DNA from: Trichosphaerium sp. ATCC 40318
Taxonomy: Eukaryota > Protista > Tubulinea
Direction: 5' to 3'
DNA: 64,000 bases
Assembly: GCA_038496445.1 (NCBI GenBank)
Contig: JALMLS010000282.1
Span: 62,001 to 126,000 of the forward strand
The notes beneath the pieces were generated by a model. It was not told the DNA's origin. It did not search any database and saw nothing but the letters and a program-made list of their open reading frames with translations. Shown here piece by piece: positions 1 through 12,802 of this stretch. Within the stretch, counting starts at the first letter, position 1. Each line of letters begins with the position of its first letter. Made by a program: the position numbers and the translations under genes.

Positions 1-927
1 ACATGGGGTGATGACACGCATAAGATACTGACTAGTTTATGGAATGATACTGGTATACAAAGAGCACATGACATACGACTTCTTCACGGAGGATCTCCTT
101 GTATGGCCAGGTACGATCCTCAGGACTAACTCTTTGCGTTTGAGTTTGTTTGACAGTCTTTGTTTAAGGTTTTTCGATGCTATTGACCGCATTGCTAAGT
201 CAGGTTATATTCCTACAAGTGATGATAATATTCAAGCTAGATTATCACATCCAATAGAGGATGTTACCTTTGAGTACTGGGTAGGCACCATGGATAAAAC
301 CATCCGATTTGTCAATAAGGAATGTACTGAGGTGCGAAAAGTGATAATTTTTAACACTAATGCCTTTGTCAGCTTCCTAGTGACACTAAAAGTGTTTATT
401 ACATGGTGTCCTTACTAGGGTATTGCCAATCTAATGGTGTACAAAATAATTTGATAAGGGCAATCGAAGCCTTTAATGAGATCAAAACCAAACTCAAAGA
501 GTAAGTACTCTAGATTTTCTGGTTTATTTCTTACTTGCTTTCTGTAGTCACACAAACATAGTTCTCATATTTTCTAAACAAGACCTCATGGATAAGCAAC
601 TAGAAACTACGCCAATTACAGCTTGTTTCCCTGACTATACACAACGTACGCACAACAAACAAGGGACAAGTTGTTTCCATTCGGAAACTAAACTTTTTTT
701 TTCAACTATAGCGCCACAAGAAGATTGGGGCAAGTTTGCTGCTTTTTTGCAAAGTAAATTTATTGATAATGATGACAAAGTTAGAGTATACACACACTTT
801 ATAAGTCCAATTTGCTATCGTAATGTTAAAGATGTATTTGAGGTATGTAACCACGCGAACGTGAAATAAGAAAAGTGCAAAAAGAAAAAATGTTCTGCAG
901 AACTCAATTTTCTCGGAGGATATATAA
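1..927 (+). CDS. Divergent heterotrimeric G-protein alpha-like gene, 3' part (multi-exon, 5' end outside window)
   Basis: Spliced translation gives LWNDTGIQ...FFDAIDRIAKSGYIPTSDDNIQAR, IVLIFSKQDL, PITACFPDY and VYTHFISPICYRNVKDVFE, all at G-alpha positions. The last exon (901-927) is tentative. Confidence 0.8.
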
Positions 928-1552
928 CAACGCCACGTGATATTCTTTCTAACAATATAATAAATTTTTTATGTACTAACTCCTTTCGCATAGCACACAC
1001 TTGGTCCTCTTTTTCCTCCCACCGCTGATATGCCTTTCTGATTTAATACTGTACCGCTTTGAACACAAGCTAAGCTTACTAAACTGCTCTACAAGAAATT
1101 ACAGCTTACATAAATTCTCCTTAACAGACCCAAAGGTGAAATCTTTGGTAGATTTGGTGTTGCTGTAAAACAATAAAGCGCAGTTGCCTTCTTGTTCAAT
1201 GACTAAAAAATTAATCCACAATGGATTCCTTTTAGTATGTACAAATGTTGTGGTCAGCAAGCAAGCAAAGAGCACTATTCCCTGTTTAGAGGGTCCATCA
1301 CTTTCCTTTCAGTGCCCGACAACACGTTCGCTCACATCATCCATTTGTGTGGAATGATTATCGGGTATCCCGGTTTAATAAAATTAATGGATCTACCCGG
1401 TACGTATAGCAGAATCCAACCGGGTATTATGTTAATTATGTGAATAAGTGCATTTAGTACTAAGCGTATTTTGTAGAAAATCGCATTAGCTAAAAAACAA
1501 GTTAAGTCCACGTGATTCCAAAGCTGTCTTTTTTCACATTAACAAGAAACTC

Positions 1553-2728
1553 ATGGAAACGCCTGTTATTACGGAAGGGATACAAGAACTCGCCAACAAA
1601 CTCAATGATGCAGTTATCACGCGAATACAAGAGCTTGAGGAGTTAGAGAGGAAGTATCAGAAAATAAACGCAATGTAAGTGTTTTTTAAGTACTTTTTAT
1701 TTGCTTACAACGCACTACCTAGCGTACAAAAATTCAACGAGAATGTATTATTGGATGTTGGTGGTGTTAAATACAGGATTTCGTTAAAAAACCTCCAAAA
1801 GTATCCAGACTCTATGCTAGGAGCTATGTTTAGGTATGTAGGGATACAAGAGATTAAATGGTTAACTGACATCGAGACAGTGGTCGTTTTGGTGTCAAAA
1901 AGCTAGAAGACGGTTCAGTTTTCATTGATAGAGATGGTGAGCTCTTCAATTACGTCCTGAACTACCTTCGCAATGGGACTATTTATTACGACTCAAAAGA
2001 CAAAGTCTTGTGCAAGAGACTGTACGAGGAGGCTGATTTTTATCAGATAGAAGGCTTCACAGCCATCTTGAAGAATGCGGTATTTAAGAAGTTCTTTCTT
2101 GATTCATTCTTATCCTATACAGGAAGTTATAGATGTTCTCAGTCTACAAGCTAAGTATGACGAAGGTCAATGGGATGTAAATCACAATGGCGAACTTTAT
2201 CAGCGTTGCATAGACAGGAGACCTTTGTTTATCGTCTATGGTGAATACAACTGGCATGACTATATTATAGAGTGCGATTTATACAACAATTCCGGTGCCA
2301 CTCAGAACCCATTCGGACACCCTGGTATTGTTTTTCATGCCAAGGAAGATAAATGTAAGTTCTTTACAGAATACTCTTAATCACTGATTTTTTTTGTAGC
2401 ATTTTTTGTTGTCTATTTTAGACCACATTCAAGCGATACGGGCAAAGCTGTTCAGTACGCTACGGTAGATAAAGAAGGTACTTTAAAGGGTGTGTCAACG
2501 TACAAGACAGTTGTACCTGATAAAGAGTGGTTCTCAGTCAAGCTACACGTGAAAAGCTCAAAAGGAACAGTGGAAATATTTTGTAAGGGTGAAAATGTTG
2601 GTACAGTTTGTATAGCATCAGGAGGTTGTGGTGCTGTTGGTTTGTTTCAACATCAACAATTGGGTTGGTTCAGAAACTTTAAATGTACACACATTAAGAA
2701 GTGGTCATCTGTAAAAAAAGATGAATAA
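1553..2728 (+). CDS. KCTD-type BTB/POZ protein with a C-terminal beta-sandwich (DUF1080/ConA-like) domain, multi-exon
   Basis: LDVGGVKY...LQKYPDSMLGAMF and VFIDRDGELFNYVLNYLRNG...EEADFYQ (T1-type BTB). C-terminal YNWHDYIIECD and EWFSVKLHV...GAVGL. GT-AG introns join the ORF pieces. Confidence 0.8.
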
Positions 2729-2919
2729 AGAAACCCGCTGCATATGCTACTTGATAGCAAGTCATTGAACAGTTGACTGTTGGTCAACAAGTTTTTACCA
2801 ATCCTTAAATTCCCTCCCTCTTGTTGATGTAGTAAAAGCTATTTTGGGCTGTAGCTTGTAGTCACAAGGTTCTTTGGCAATGGACGTAAGCACTAGTAAG
2901 TGCGTCTCGTGATTTTTCA

Positions 2920-3036
2920 AGTTAAGAAAAAACTAATATTCAGTTGGCATCTGTAACTTTTGTGTTTCACTCTTCAGTTAAGAAAAAACTAATATTCAGT
3001 TGGCATCTGTAACTTTTGTGTTTCACTCTTCAGTTA
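2920..3036. repeat. Perfect 56-bp tandem duplication
   Basis: The unit agttaagaaaaaactaatattcagttggcatctgtaacttttgtgtttcactcttc starts at 2920 and again at 2976, followed by a third AGTTA at 3032. Confidence 0.95.
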
Positions 3037-3725
3037 CATTTGTTTGAGCATGTAAACAAGACGCTTAGAGGAAGTTTCACTATCAACTATATTTAGATTC
3101 GCGCATAAGTTGCGACCAACTTAGTGGATACCAAAGTGAATGCATAAAAAACAATCACTTTTTCTGATTGTTTGCAGCAGCAATTTACGTAAATGGTACA
3201 CACAGAGAATTCAAAGATCATTTTAAACGGCGTTGATGAGCTGTAAGAAATATAAAACTGGTAACGCTTGTTCGTGGTGTGGGAAACGATTAAAAACTGT
3301 CTTCCCTTTTCATATTCTATTTTTTATTTCTCGTTTTAACAAGAGAATATTGTAGCATTTGTCCTCCACAAACAATAGGCATAGCTCTATCTACGACTCA
3401 CAAGCCAAAAAAAGAGCTTTTAAAACCAAACAGATAGGTTCATCACCATGATACTTCAAGAGATAGTAGGTTTGTGCAACTTTGGTGCTTTTATAAAAAG
3501 AACTTCTGTTGTGGCTTGGTTGTTTAAGGGCTAATTATGTTACGCGTTTATACAACCTGCGAGATACAACTTGATGTTAAAGCTGAGTTCTTAAGACGGT
3601 ATGAAAAGCAAGTTATCATAGAGTCACGTTTTGTATCACGTGGTTTTTCGCGAGTTTTCACAAAGATTTTTGTGTGATTTTTTGTTTATAATCGATACCA
3701 ACAACATTATTCCGCAACACTCACC

Positions 3726-4735
3726 ATGGTTAAAACGCTTCTCGTTTTTACGTTGCTCACAATATTCCTTATCGAAAGCACTAGCGCCATATCTGCTTCA
3801 AGACCAGATGGACCACCGGAGTGTATAAACAAGAACATTAACAATGTCTTGGTACGTTATTAACAATAAGAAGCTCAAAACTGTAAAACGGGTAAATTGT
3901 TTACTTATTTAATCGTCACTTCTGATGTTCTCTATCCAAATTGCCTGTTCCATTTTTCTTTAAGCTCCAAGCGTTACTTTAGTGATCTCTTCGATCACGT
4001 GATTTTACTTTGGAAAACTTTTTACTACTTTTGTTGCGCTAGTACTCGGATTTTTGTAACTCATGTCGTACCTAGCGCCGAACACTAATTGAGGCTGGTG
4101 TAGTTGCATTACCTCCTTTCTACAATGGAGCATTGGGCCCTACCGTACCAGATGGCCATATCCTCGGACAGCGTCTATTCAGACTGTTGCTTGAGAACCA
4201 ACATCCTTGCTTGACTCAAATGGTTTGGTTAAACAATGCCGAAGTACGCCAAGTGCTAACTGAAGCATCTCGTTTTCCTACAAACCAACAACGTCTTAAC
4301 GTTGGTAACGCTCGACAAGCAATAATCCTTACTGGCTCAAACCAAAACGGTCGATGGGACTTTCAACCGAATGGAAGAACCGTAGATGATATTGCAAGAA
4401 GTCTTCCTGTCGGCAACCATTTAATCCTCTCTCGATTCTTGTTGTTCTCTAGATCTCATCCAATGAACCTGGGTGGCCTTGACTTACACGCACATACTCG
4501 AGGTACTATCCGAAAGTACGCAGACGGCAGTTTCATGTATACCACGTGGGTTACTGTTCATGATTGGTTCAATGTTGAGGCAAGAACTGATCGTGCTGCG
4601 CTTGTTGAGACTATTGTTCGAAGACTTGATGATGCTCCTGGAAATCCTTATGAGATACAAAGTGTTAGAATCTGTGTTTCCTATGTACAAGGTCAATTTG
4701 CGCTATTCTTCCGTCCTAGTAGCTGGTGTAATTGA
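3726..4735 (+). CDS. Secreted protein with a colicin M-like (lipid II-degrading) C-terminal domain
   Basis: Exon 3726-3851 encodes the signal peptide MVKTLLVFTLLTIFLIESTSA. A putative 13-nt microexon (4043-4055) restores phase to the final exon 4104-4735. The segment LGGLDL..TRGT....ADGSFMY...V...DWFNVEARTDR....E...R......GNPYEI matches the ColM catalytic domain by eye. Confidence 0.65.
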
Positions 4736-5164
4736 TAATAAATCACCCTTCGTTAATACTTCGCACGTCATTAATATTAAAAAAATGCTATTTTGAAGCC
4801 TATTCTTTGTACAACCAATCCAGCACGTGATACAAAACAAAGTTTCTCACTCAGTCTTTGTTTGTACGCGCGTACTACTTGTTTATTCGCAAATCTGTGT
4901 CGTATATGGTTCCGCCGCACTCCGACAGTGAGTGTTAATACGCTTCTGGCGTAGTGGGATATAATATGCGACATCACTGTTACATCAGAGCTTCCCATCC
5001 ACTACGGCGCTAAATATTGCATAAATAAATTAGATGTGGTATTTCAGCTGCCAGCGTGTATGCGGTGATAATACGACACCGTTCATGTTTTGTAAAAAAA
5101 GTCACGTGCTGAAAAAAAAAGACTTTGCTTAATCTATTTTTAAACAATACAAGTTACGCTTTGA

Positions 5165-6902
5165 ATGGCAGAAACTCAAACAATAGAGGTTAATTTACAA
5201 TATGTCAACCGTCTGGCCGCAGGTTACAAGCATTCAATGGTAATAGCAGATAATGGCTTTGTTTACACGTGGGGTAATAACTCTTGGTGCCAGCTAGGCA
5301 CCAACACTTTTTTTCAGTATGTACACGAACTAATAAACAAGGCGAGAGCTATCGCTTGTCCAGTCAAGTCACTTGTAAATATTGTATGCATTGCTGCTGG
5401 GTTCAATCATAGCCTTGGTTCAAATGGTATTGTTTATTCATGGGGCTTTAATTCAAACGGTGAATGTGGCCTAGGTCACTTCAAGTCACCTGTTCCCAAA
5501 CCAAGACGTGTTCAACATCTCAACAAAATCACACAAGTCACTGCGTATGATGTGAGTATAGTGCTATCCCAATCAGGTCATGTCTATTCTTGGGGAAACA
5601 ACCGACATCATGGATTGGGACATTCATTCAACAAGACGAAACTAAACTCACCAAAACGTATCCCAAGTCTAGATCATGTTAAGAAAATTCAAACAAGTGG
5701 GCTTGTGGTGCTACGACATCAACAGGTCATGTCTTTCTTTGGGGAACAACAGAAGATGAAGAAGCAGATAAATCGCTATTTTTGAAACCAAAGACAATTT
5801 CACGTGTTCCAAGTATTGATGATGCCACTGATATTGCCATTGGTGATAAACACGTGCTTGTGCTCATCAAGTCAGGACAAGTATTTTCTTTTGGATGCAA
5901 CTTGTTTGACCAGCTTGGGTTGGGAATTGATGACAAGTATGGCCAGGGTATCATCAATGAACTCAGTAACATTGCATCTGTCCATGCTGGCGAGAGGACA
6001 TCGTTTGCATTAAATAGCGAAGGTTGTTTGTTTGGTTGGGGTGAAGGGACATGGATTGATTCGTTCTCGTCAAACATACCCCTAAAATTACCTGGAAAAT
6101 ACCTTGAGTTTGCCAATAAACGATATCATTACTTGGCAATATCTCATGACTTTCAGTTGGTTACAGGTGGTCATAACAATTATGGAGAATCAAATCCGCA
6201 AATTTTGACATTCAACGATCACAAAAAGGTACTGCAACAAAGTTATTCTTCCAAACTTTACGACAATTAGCGTATCAAATATGGCTCTGCACATCCTCTA
6301 CCAATAAAAGAAATGAGGTTAAAGGTGCCGCAAAACAAACCAAACATAAAAGTTCTTGAATAACAAATTTCAAGCAAATCACAACATCCAAAAGCAGCGA
6401 AGCTCTGAAGGAAGACCGAATGGATAAGTACATTTCAAAAGCTACAAGTGAACCCACTCGTGAGTACACCAAGTTTGGAGATGCTCCTGAACACCTTGAT
6501 ATGCTTCAAGATGCCCTTGAAGCCTTTGAAATACAAGAAGACGGTTTTACTGTAAGTATTTACAAATACCAACGTGTTTGGGACAACTGATCTTTGTTCT
6601 AGTATGACCAATCAGATGAACTTAAGCCACAACCTGAAATAGACAATAACAGTATTAATAAGGTATGTATCTCTTTTACTTGTAGTTGTATTTATTAATG
6701 GCTTTAGTCTCATGAAACTGATTGGAAGTCAATATTGGAGAGGTTGGGTATTGCAACAGAAAGAGCTCAAAAACTAGGATTGTTGATGAATGACTCTGGT
6801 ATCAAACATGAGGATATAACTTCAAAGTTGCTAGAAGAGCTTGGATTCAGCCCAATTGAACGTGTAAAAGTATTCAAAGCAAAGCACAACAATATCATTT
6901 AA
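5165..6902 (+). pseudogene. RCC1-repeat protein with SAM-like tail, frameshifted copy
   Basis: RCC1 motifs (GYKHS, VYTWG, GECGLG). A small deletion near 5700-5710 relative to the paralogs splits the ORF into 5165-5785 and 5782-6270. The last exon (DWKSILERLGI...LEELGF) ends at 6902. Confidence 0.75.
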
Positions 6903-7029
6903 TACTACACTAGACAAAGTACGATTATGTATCATCGTTTTAATATTCAGTATTGTCTAATACAACATAAACTGATTTACACTGAGCGTATTTGAGGTTT
7001 CTGGACTACAGAATAGCTAATTCTGGAGA

Positions 7030-7100
7030 ACATATTTTCGTGTTATTATTGTTCAAGTTTTCCGTTCTTGTCCCAGTACTCGTATTCTCCAACATAATTC
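7030..7100 (-). pseudogene. MORN-repeat relic
   Basis: The minus strand reads GEYEYWDKNGKLEQ, one repeat of the local MORN family, with no surrounding ORF. Confidence 0.45.
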
Positions 7101-7577
7101 TGTGTTGAAAGAGGCTCAAGCAAGAGCTGGCAGACTTGTTACAACTAATTAAAGACTACGTACCTTGCTGCACAGGGACGTGTTGTATAGTAAAATACTA
7201 TTCAGAGAACGCTATCAAAACAAGGTCAACACTCTTCTTCGAGTAACTTTAATCCAAAGAAGGAGAAATGATCATGCTAAATGTCTTTTCGAAGGGTATC
7301 TTTCTCTTTTGCCATGATAACCCTTTGATGGATGTAACGAAAAAAAGGTGATTAGTGGTAGTACGTAATAGAAAACCAAAAAAAAAAAAATCATCGAAAC
7401 CAACAGCTGCCGCACAAAATACACAAATTTACTTTCTTAATTTTTAGCCAAATACAGAACTGGTTGCTATAGACGTACCTCTATTTCGTTTTAAATTTGA
7501 GCGCTTTAGACACTTGTTTTACGTTTTTTAAGTCCCGATAAAAGTCTTTCTCGTTCCAACAACTTATTTCGCTATCT

Positions 7578-9022
7578 ATGGAGTTTAACGAGCTTCCGCT
7601 TGAGATAGCGTTTAACGTATTCGTCTATTTATCCGCCGCTATGAAATTAGTATTTTGCGGTACTTCCAAAGCATGGAGACGCTATATACTCAATATACCA
7701 GAATTCAAGGTACGATTTTTAATATCATTACTAAGTCTGTAACATTTTTCCCTTTCATCTTGTCTATAGGGCGAAATATACGATCTAATCAATAAACAAC
7801 CACCAGTGCCTCTTGATGAAGTAATAAACTTACCTCCATGCCCACCACATAATTTTTATTCATTCGAAATAGAAAGTTTTGTTTTCCGTGAACCAAAGGT
7901 AATCACGTGTTTTATCATCATTAACTACTCGCTTCTTAATTAACACGTAAATACCTCTAGTTTTATTTGGCGATAATAAGCGATGATACTGTTTTTGTGC
8001 GTCTCTTACTAGATTTATCAAGTTGACGTAACATTTATGGATAGGTTTTTCAAGGGGATGCAGATTGTCCATCAAAAACACTTGTTTTACTTTTAGCGAA
8101 GAAATCTCCTTCTTGTTATGTATTACAGGAGCCTCATTCTTTCGATTGCATACCAGAATTCACTGTTAAATTGACGATAATAGGTGATATCTTGTTTATT
8201 AATGTAGTGTTATTATCAAGTCGTATGGAGGAGGATAGTTGTATGACACTTAAGATAGACCTTTCTAAAGAAGTAATTAAAGTGAAAAAGACCAAATGGA
8301 AGCACTCAGACTTCTATCATACTCAAAGTAAGATAGATTCAAAAATAGTTTACTACATCGAATACAAAGATAAATCAAAGCATCAAAGTGTTTCTATGAT
8401 AGATACAAGAAAGTCTAAAATACCAGTAAAGACATATGTACAACAAACACTTTTTCTTACTTTTTTCTTTTTTATTATCAAATTACTTACTAACAAATTT
8501 GTCCGTCAAGGATTTGGATCTTTGTTGTGTTGCAGCTGATTCAAAAGATACGATTTTTCTATGTAAGGATGGTTGCTTGTATATACAAAAGAAGGTTGGA
8601 GATAATAATTGGAGATTGGTTGGGAAAGCTCGTATTAAATACTTTTTAATGCTTCATGTCACTGTAAATAGAGATGATATTCTTACTATTGTTGGAAAAG
8701 GAAAGTATAATGGACGTTCAATAAAAATAGGAAAATGGGATCATGAACAAAATCACTTTCAATTCTTGGTTAATGTGCCTATGTATAACTGGAAGAAAGT
8801 GCCAAAGTTGGCTCCACACGAAAAACAAGCTTTTTATCATGGATGTAAGTGAACGTTACAAAAAAAACGTGTTTTTGGTTTTTTTTTTTTGAAACTAATC
8901 TTCTCTCTGTTATAGCTGTTTTGTATATGGATGCTCCAGCTCGAATTGATTATAAATCTGTGATATATGTTAAATTGTTTCATATTAATGTTAATAAAAT
9001 AAACGCTCTGGTAGGCATATAA
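7578..9022 (+). CDS. F-box protein, paralog 1 (multi-exon, unassigned C-terminal domain)
   Basis: MEFNELPLEIAFNVFVYL...FCGTSKAWR is an F-box. Six exons join in frame through GT-AG introns. Paralog of 13566-14901. Confidence 0.75.
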
Positions 9023-9101
9023 AGCCACCATCTTGTAATCAGGTAGTTGGTTTTGTTAAAAAAACACATTAAGTTTACTGGTAGTCATATGCGACACTTG
9101 G

Positions 9102-9650
9102 TTACCAAACACATGTTAAAATGTGTATCCAGTATCGACTAACTGTGTACATATTTGAATACTTTTGCACAAGTACGGGTAACCCACTATCATCCTTCCA
9201 ACTCTTGTACTGTCCTTCTTCTTTACCATTAACATAAGTACAAGCAATGATCGCACAATTGCTAATTTGAGCCATTGGCCTTGTGATACCACCGCTTGTA
9301 TTCTCCTTCTGTTTAACAAGTACGTAATTACATCGTTTCCATAGTTGGCCATCCTCAAACCAATGCTTATACTCATTCACAAAATACCTCTTCTGAAAAT
9401 CCCGTTTTCGTGCCATTGAAACTCTCGGCTATTTTACCTTTAACAAGTGAAGTTTTAATTCGCAGCAAACCACTTTTTGGTTTCTCCATTATACCTATTT
9501 GCCGTAACATAGTCCTTGTAGACAATGGTTAAACCACTTTTTGTGTACCCCATGTAGCTCGTTATTCCTGTAGGTACATTGTTGTTTCAATTGGCCGTTA
9601 GCACACCTGTTTGAACACTCCATGACATTTACCACGAATCCAGCTGTCTA
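9102..9650 (-). pseudogene. Degenerate MORN-repeat gene
   Basis: EYKHWFEDGQL and TYVNGKEEGQYKSW fragments broken by frameshifts and stops. Confidence 0.7.
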
Positions 9651-9964
9651 GATGTGTAGTAAGATTCTTTAGACCAAGCGCCTGTCAACTTGGTTTAATG
9701 GCTTGAATGACCTTTTTTAGCTTCATATTGTTACAAGAAAAGGTGCGAGGTATGAGTTGTAGTTAAGTATGTTTTATTGTATCCAAGTACAGTACGATAT
9801 CGTGACACATATTTCAAGATGAACACCAAAAACAATCTGTTTTACAGTTTACTGATAGCTTTGGTGAACACATTGCATGACTTAACCAAAAGCTATCGTT
9901 GACCGATTTTGCTTGGCAAAACCTGTCCACGTAGACTACACTCATTTACTGAACAAAGCAACAG

Positions 9965-10377
9965 ATGAATACTAGTAAAGATGGATATTCATATCTTCTT
10001 TGTCTTCCAATAGAGCTACAGCTAGATATTATTGAATTAGATTATGAAATATACCAGAAGTGGCCTCTGTTTTCTAAAACAACATTAACAGTAGTGAGAA
10101 TTGATTGTCAGTTCAGAAAACATGGAAAGTGGCTTGTAGAAAAACCATCATCACAAACACTCATTGGATACATGGGAAGTGCCATGGAGACTATAAATGT
10201 GGTGAGCTGAGGGCTCAGTGTACCTATGTTGATGGTAAAATAGAAGGAGAGTTCAAGAAGTTTAAGAATGGTAAACTAATCAAGTTGTTTAATTATGTAA
10301 ATGGTAAACAGCAAGGAGTTTATAAGTTGTATTATCCTAGTGGTAAGTTGGCATTAGAAGGAAACTATGGATTGTAA
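9965..10377 (+). pseudogene. F-box-like/MORN gene, frameshifted and truncated
   Basis: LLCLPIELQLDIIELD...KHGKW in one frame, MORN repeats (TYVDGKIEGEFK, NYVNGKQQG) in another. Confidence 0.7.
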
Positions 10378-10729
10378 ACATAATCTGCAACTCAAACAAC
10401 GTCCGATTAGATGTGAGCTTGATTGCTTGGTCACCATACTTGAGACCCTTTGTGATTGTAAAAGTCATACCATAAACAACCAAATGCGTACATCATATTC
10501 ATTGAGCTATTGTTAGTTGGGAGTTAATCCAGATTAGTAAAAAAGACAACCAACAATTTGAGCTTGTTGTTATCTACAAACGTGTAGCTTTGTCTTTTCA
10601 TTAAAGTCAAGTGCCTTCCACTTACAGCGTTGGCGCTTAAAATGGCTTCAAGGGAATTAGATTTTTTATTCATTTTAAGTATGAGTTTGGTCTATCTTGT
10701 TAAAGCAGTTGTACACTTCTATAGTAGCA

Positions 10730-11970
10730 ATGCCTCCGAAGAGGTCTAGAACCCGAAAAAAACAACGCAAAGGCCGGAAAAAACGAGGAGCAAAGTCTTA
10801 TTGTACGCCAAATATCTGTAGCATGTTAACTGTAAGATCTAGCATCATTTCATGACAACGAGCATGGTAAACGAGCCTGGGTGAGTATCACGTGTATTTT
10901 TTTTAAAATAACGATTTGTAGTCTGAACAGCTCTCATACAGTGAAGGGAGTGAAGATCCGCAACAAACACAAAAGGAAAAACCAACTCCAACAGAAAAGT
11001 CTCTGAGAGACTTAGAAAAACTAACTATCCGTGCGTCATTAGTTTGTCGATGAAACTGACTTTTATACGTCCAGGAGTGTTTAAAGACAACAATCTAGTT
11101 TCTCAGGTCTCTATTACACCGAAGGTAGCTAAGGAACTTCCTAGTATCGCCAAGATAATGGAGAAGAGCAACACAGATAGTCAAATTGCGCTTCAACTTA
11201 GTGATACTGTTACACTAGTTGGAGTGATGCGTACGAACTCTTGTGCTTATCTATTACTTATAGAGATTGTAAGGTTTGTTGAAAGACGTAAGAAATAAAT
11301 CAGTGTTCCCAATAAAACCAAATGATCGTAACATGGAGGAACTAAACGAAGCACAAAAAGCTGCAGCTTGGATGGGGTGTCAGGAATGTACTTTGCGTTT
11401 CTTTATCAAGTCTAGGAGTTAACTAACTACCAAGCTAGTCATTGTACGAAACGTACACGATGGAAATCGCACTAGCCTCAGACGATTTTGAGCACGTGAT
11501 ATCTGAGAGTACCTTAAGTAGAAGTTTTCCAAAAATAGCTTGGTCAAGTATCAGCGAACACAAGCTGGAAATAGCTGAGGGCGTATTGCATAACTGTAGA
11601 GGGACTTTCAATAGTCAGAACAAAGACGGAGTGTTAGCTATATTCAAACTAGCGGTTAGCCAGCTTTCGTCCAAAGTAACAAGTCGTTTGTGCGAGAAGA
11701 CTTACATTCCTATATATGTACAATACGTTGACTCTGATATTATGTACCAAGTACTGAAAGAAGCAAAGTGAGTCTTTAGTTTTGAGTAATCTGCTGATTG
11801 AAATTAGTGTCGTTCAATACGGTCAAGATTCATGCTTTTACTCTGTAATTGAGCTGGCAATTACACATGCTATTTACAATGAGAGCTGCTCAGACTGTTT
11901 GAACTTCTTGACGCGACATAAACGCTATCTCGTTGCCTCAAAAACTGGTGATAAACTAATGTACAACTAA
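10730..11970 (+). CDS. Multi-exon hypothetical protein with a basic N-terminus
   Basis: ATG at 10730 (MPPKRSRTRKKQRKGRKKR) followed by consecutive ORF blocks separated by GT-AG introns. No family recognised and the 3' end is uncertain. Confidence 0.4.
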
Positions 11971-12189
11971 AATGTTTCTAACACGTGCTAAAACTCTGTA
12001 GGTACCTCTTTTTGTATAAAGCAAAAAACAACCTGTTAGTTTTTAATGATCTATTCACCTTTGTGAACTCCTTCTCGATGTTCCAGTTCGTTAAAACAAG
12101 AACTCTATTTGCCCAACAAGTAATTGACTTCAACAAATAACTATGTACAGTTATACCAATACATTTCACCCGTTAGATTTAATTGCATT

Positions 12190-12802
12190 AATGTAAAACA
12201 GTTGTAATATTGAGAATTGTAGATGAACCAGTAATGAAGACGGGAGCTTTGCACTCCCCTTCAAGGTTTCCATTAGTATGCTACATTGCTTTGACAATTG
12301 ACCATTTTCATTCCACTTCTTGTACTCCCCTTCAAGTTTACCATTGACATAATTGAACTGTAGAGATATTTGACCTTTGGAATACCACTGCTTGTACTCT
12401 CCCTCAAGTTTACTGTTACACTTCTTGAACAAACTTCCATTATCATGCCACTCTTTTTGTTCCCCATGTCTCGTACCATGTGACCAATGCTGTTTGTGAG
12501 TCTAATAAGCAATTAAAAAAGGTTGGTTCAGGCGTTTTATAACAAAGCATCACATACAAGTAAAAAGTGGTTTTATGACCATGGTTGACATCTCCATCTT
12601 TGCCATTTGCCATGCTTATTCATCTCTTCATCGAAACTTGTCATCATTGCGCTTGTTTTCGATAGAAGAGGCCAAATTAAATACAATGATACCTCTAAAT
12701 CAATAATATCAAGTTGTATCTCAACGGAAGGTGTAATGGATGACAACCGTCAGATTTATTATTAAATCTCTTTTCATGGTTTGTACATTGCTTCATTGTC
12801 AT
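12190..12802 (-). pseudogene. F-box-like/MORN gene with a frameshift in the F-box
   Basis: Nearly identical to 18668-18890 but lacks 1 nt (caccttccgttgag versus cgccttcccgttgag). The downstream MORN repeats also carry indels. Confidence 0.8.

Noticed and set aside
1350-1425. Short CCGG-containing inverted repeats
   Set aside because: Stems are only about 8 bp and no second copy was found in the window.
2920-3036. Possible CRISPR-like repeat
   Set aside because: Two abutting copies with no spacers, so it is a simple tandem duplication or an assembly artefact.
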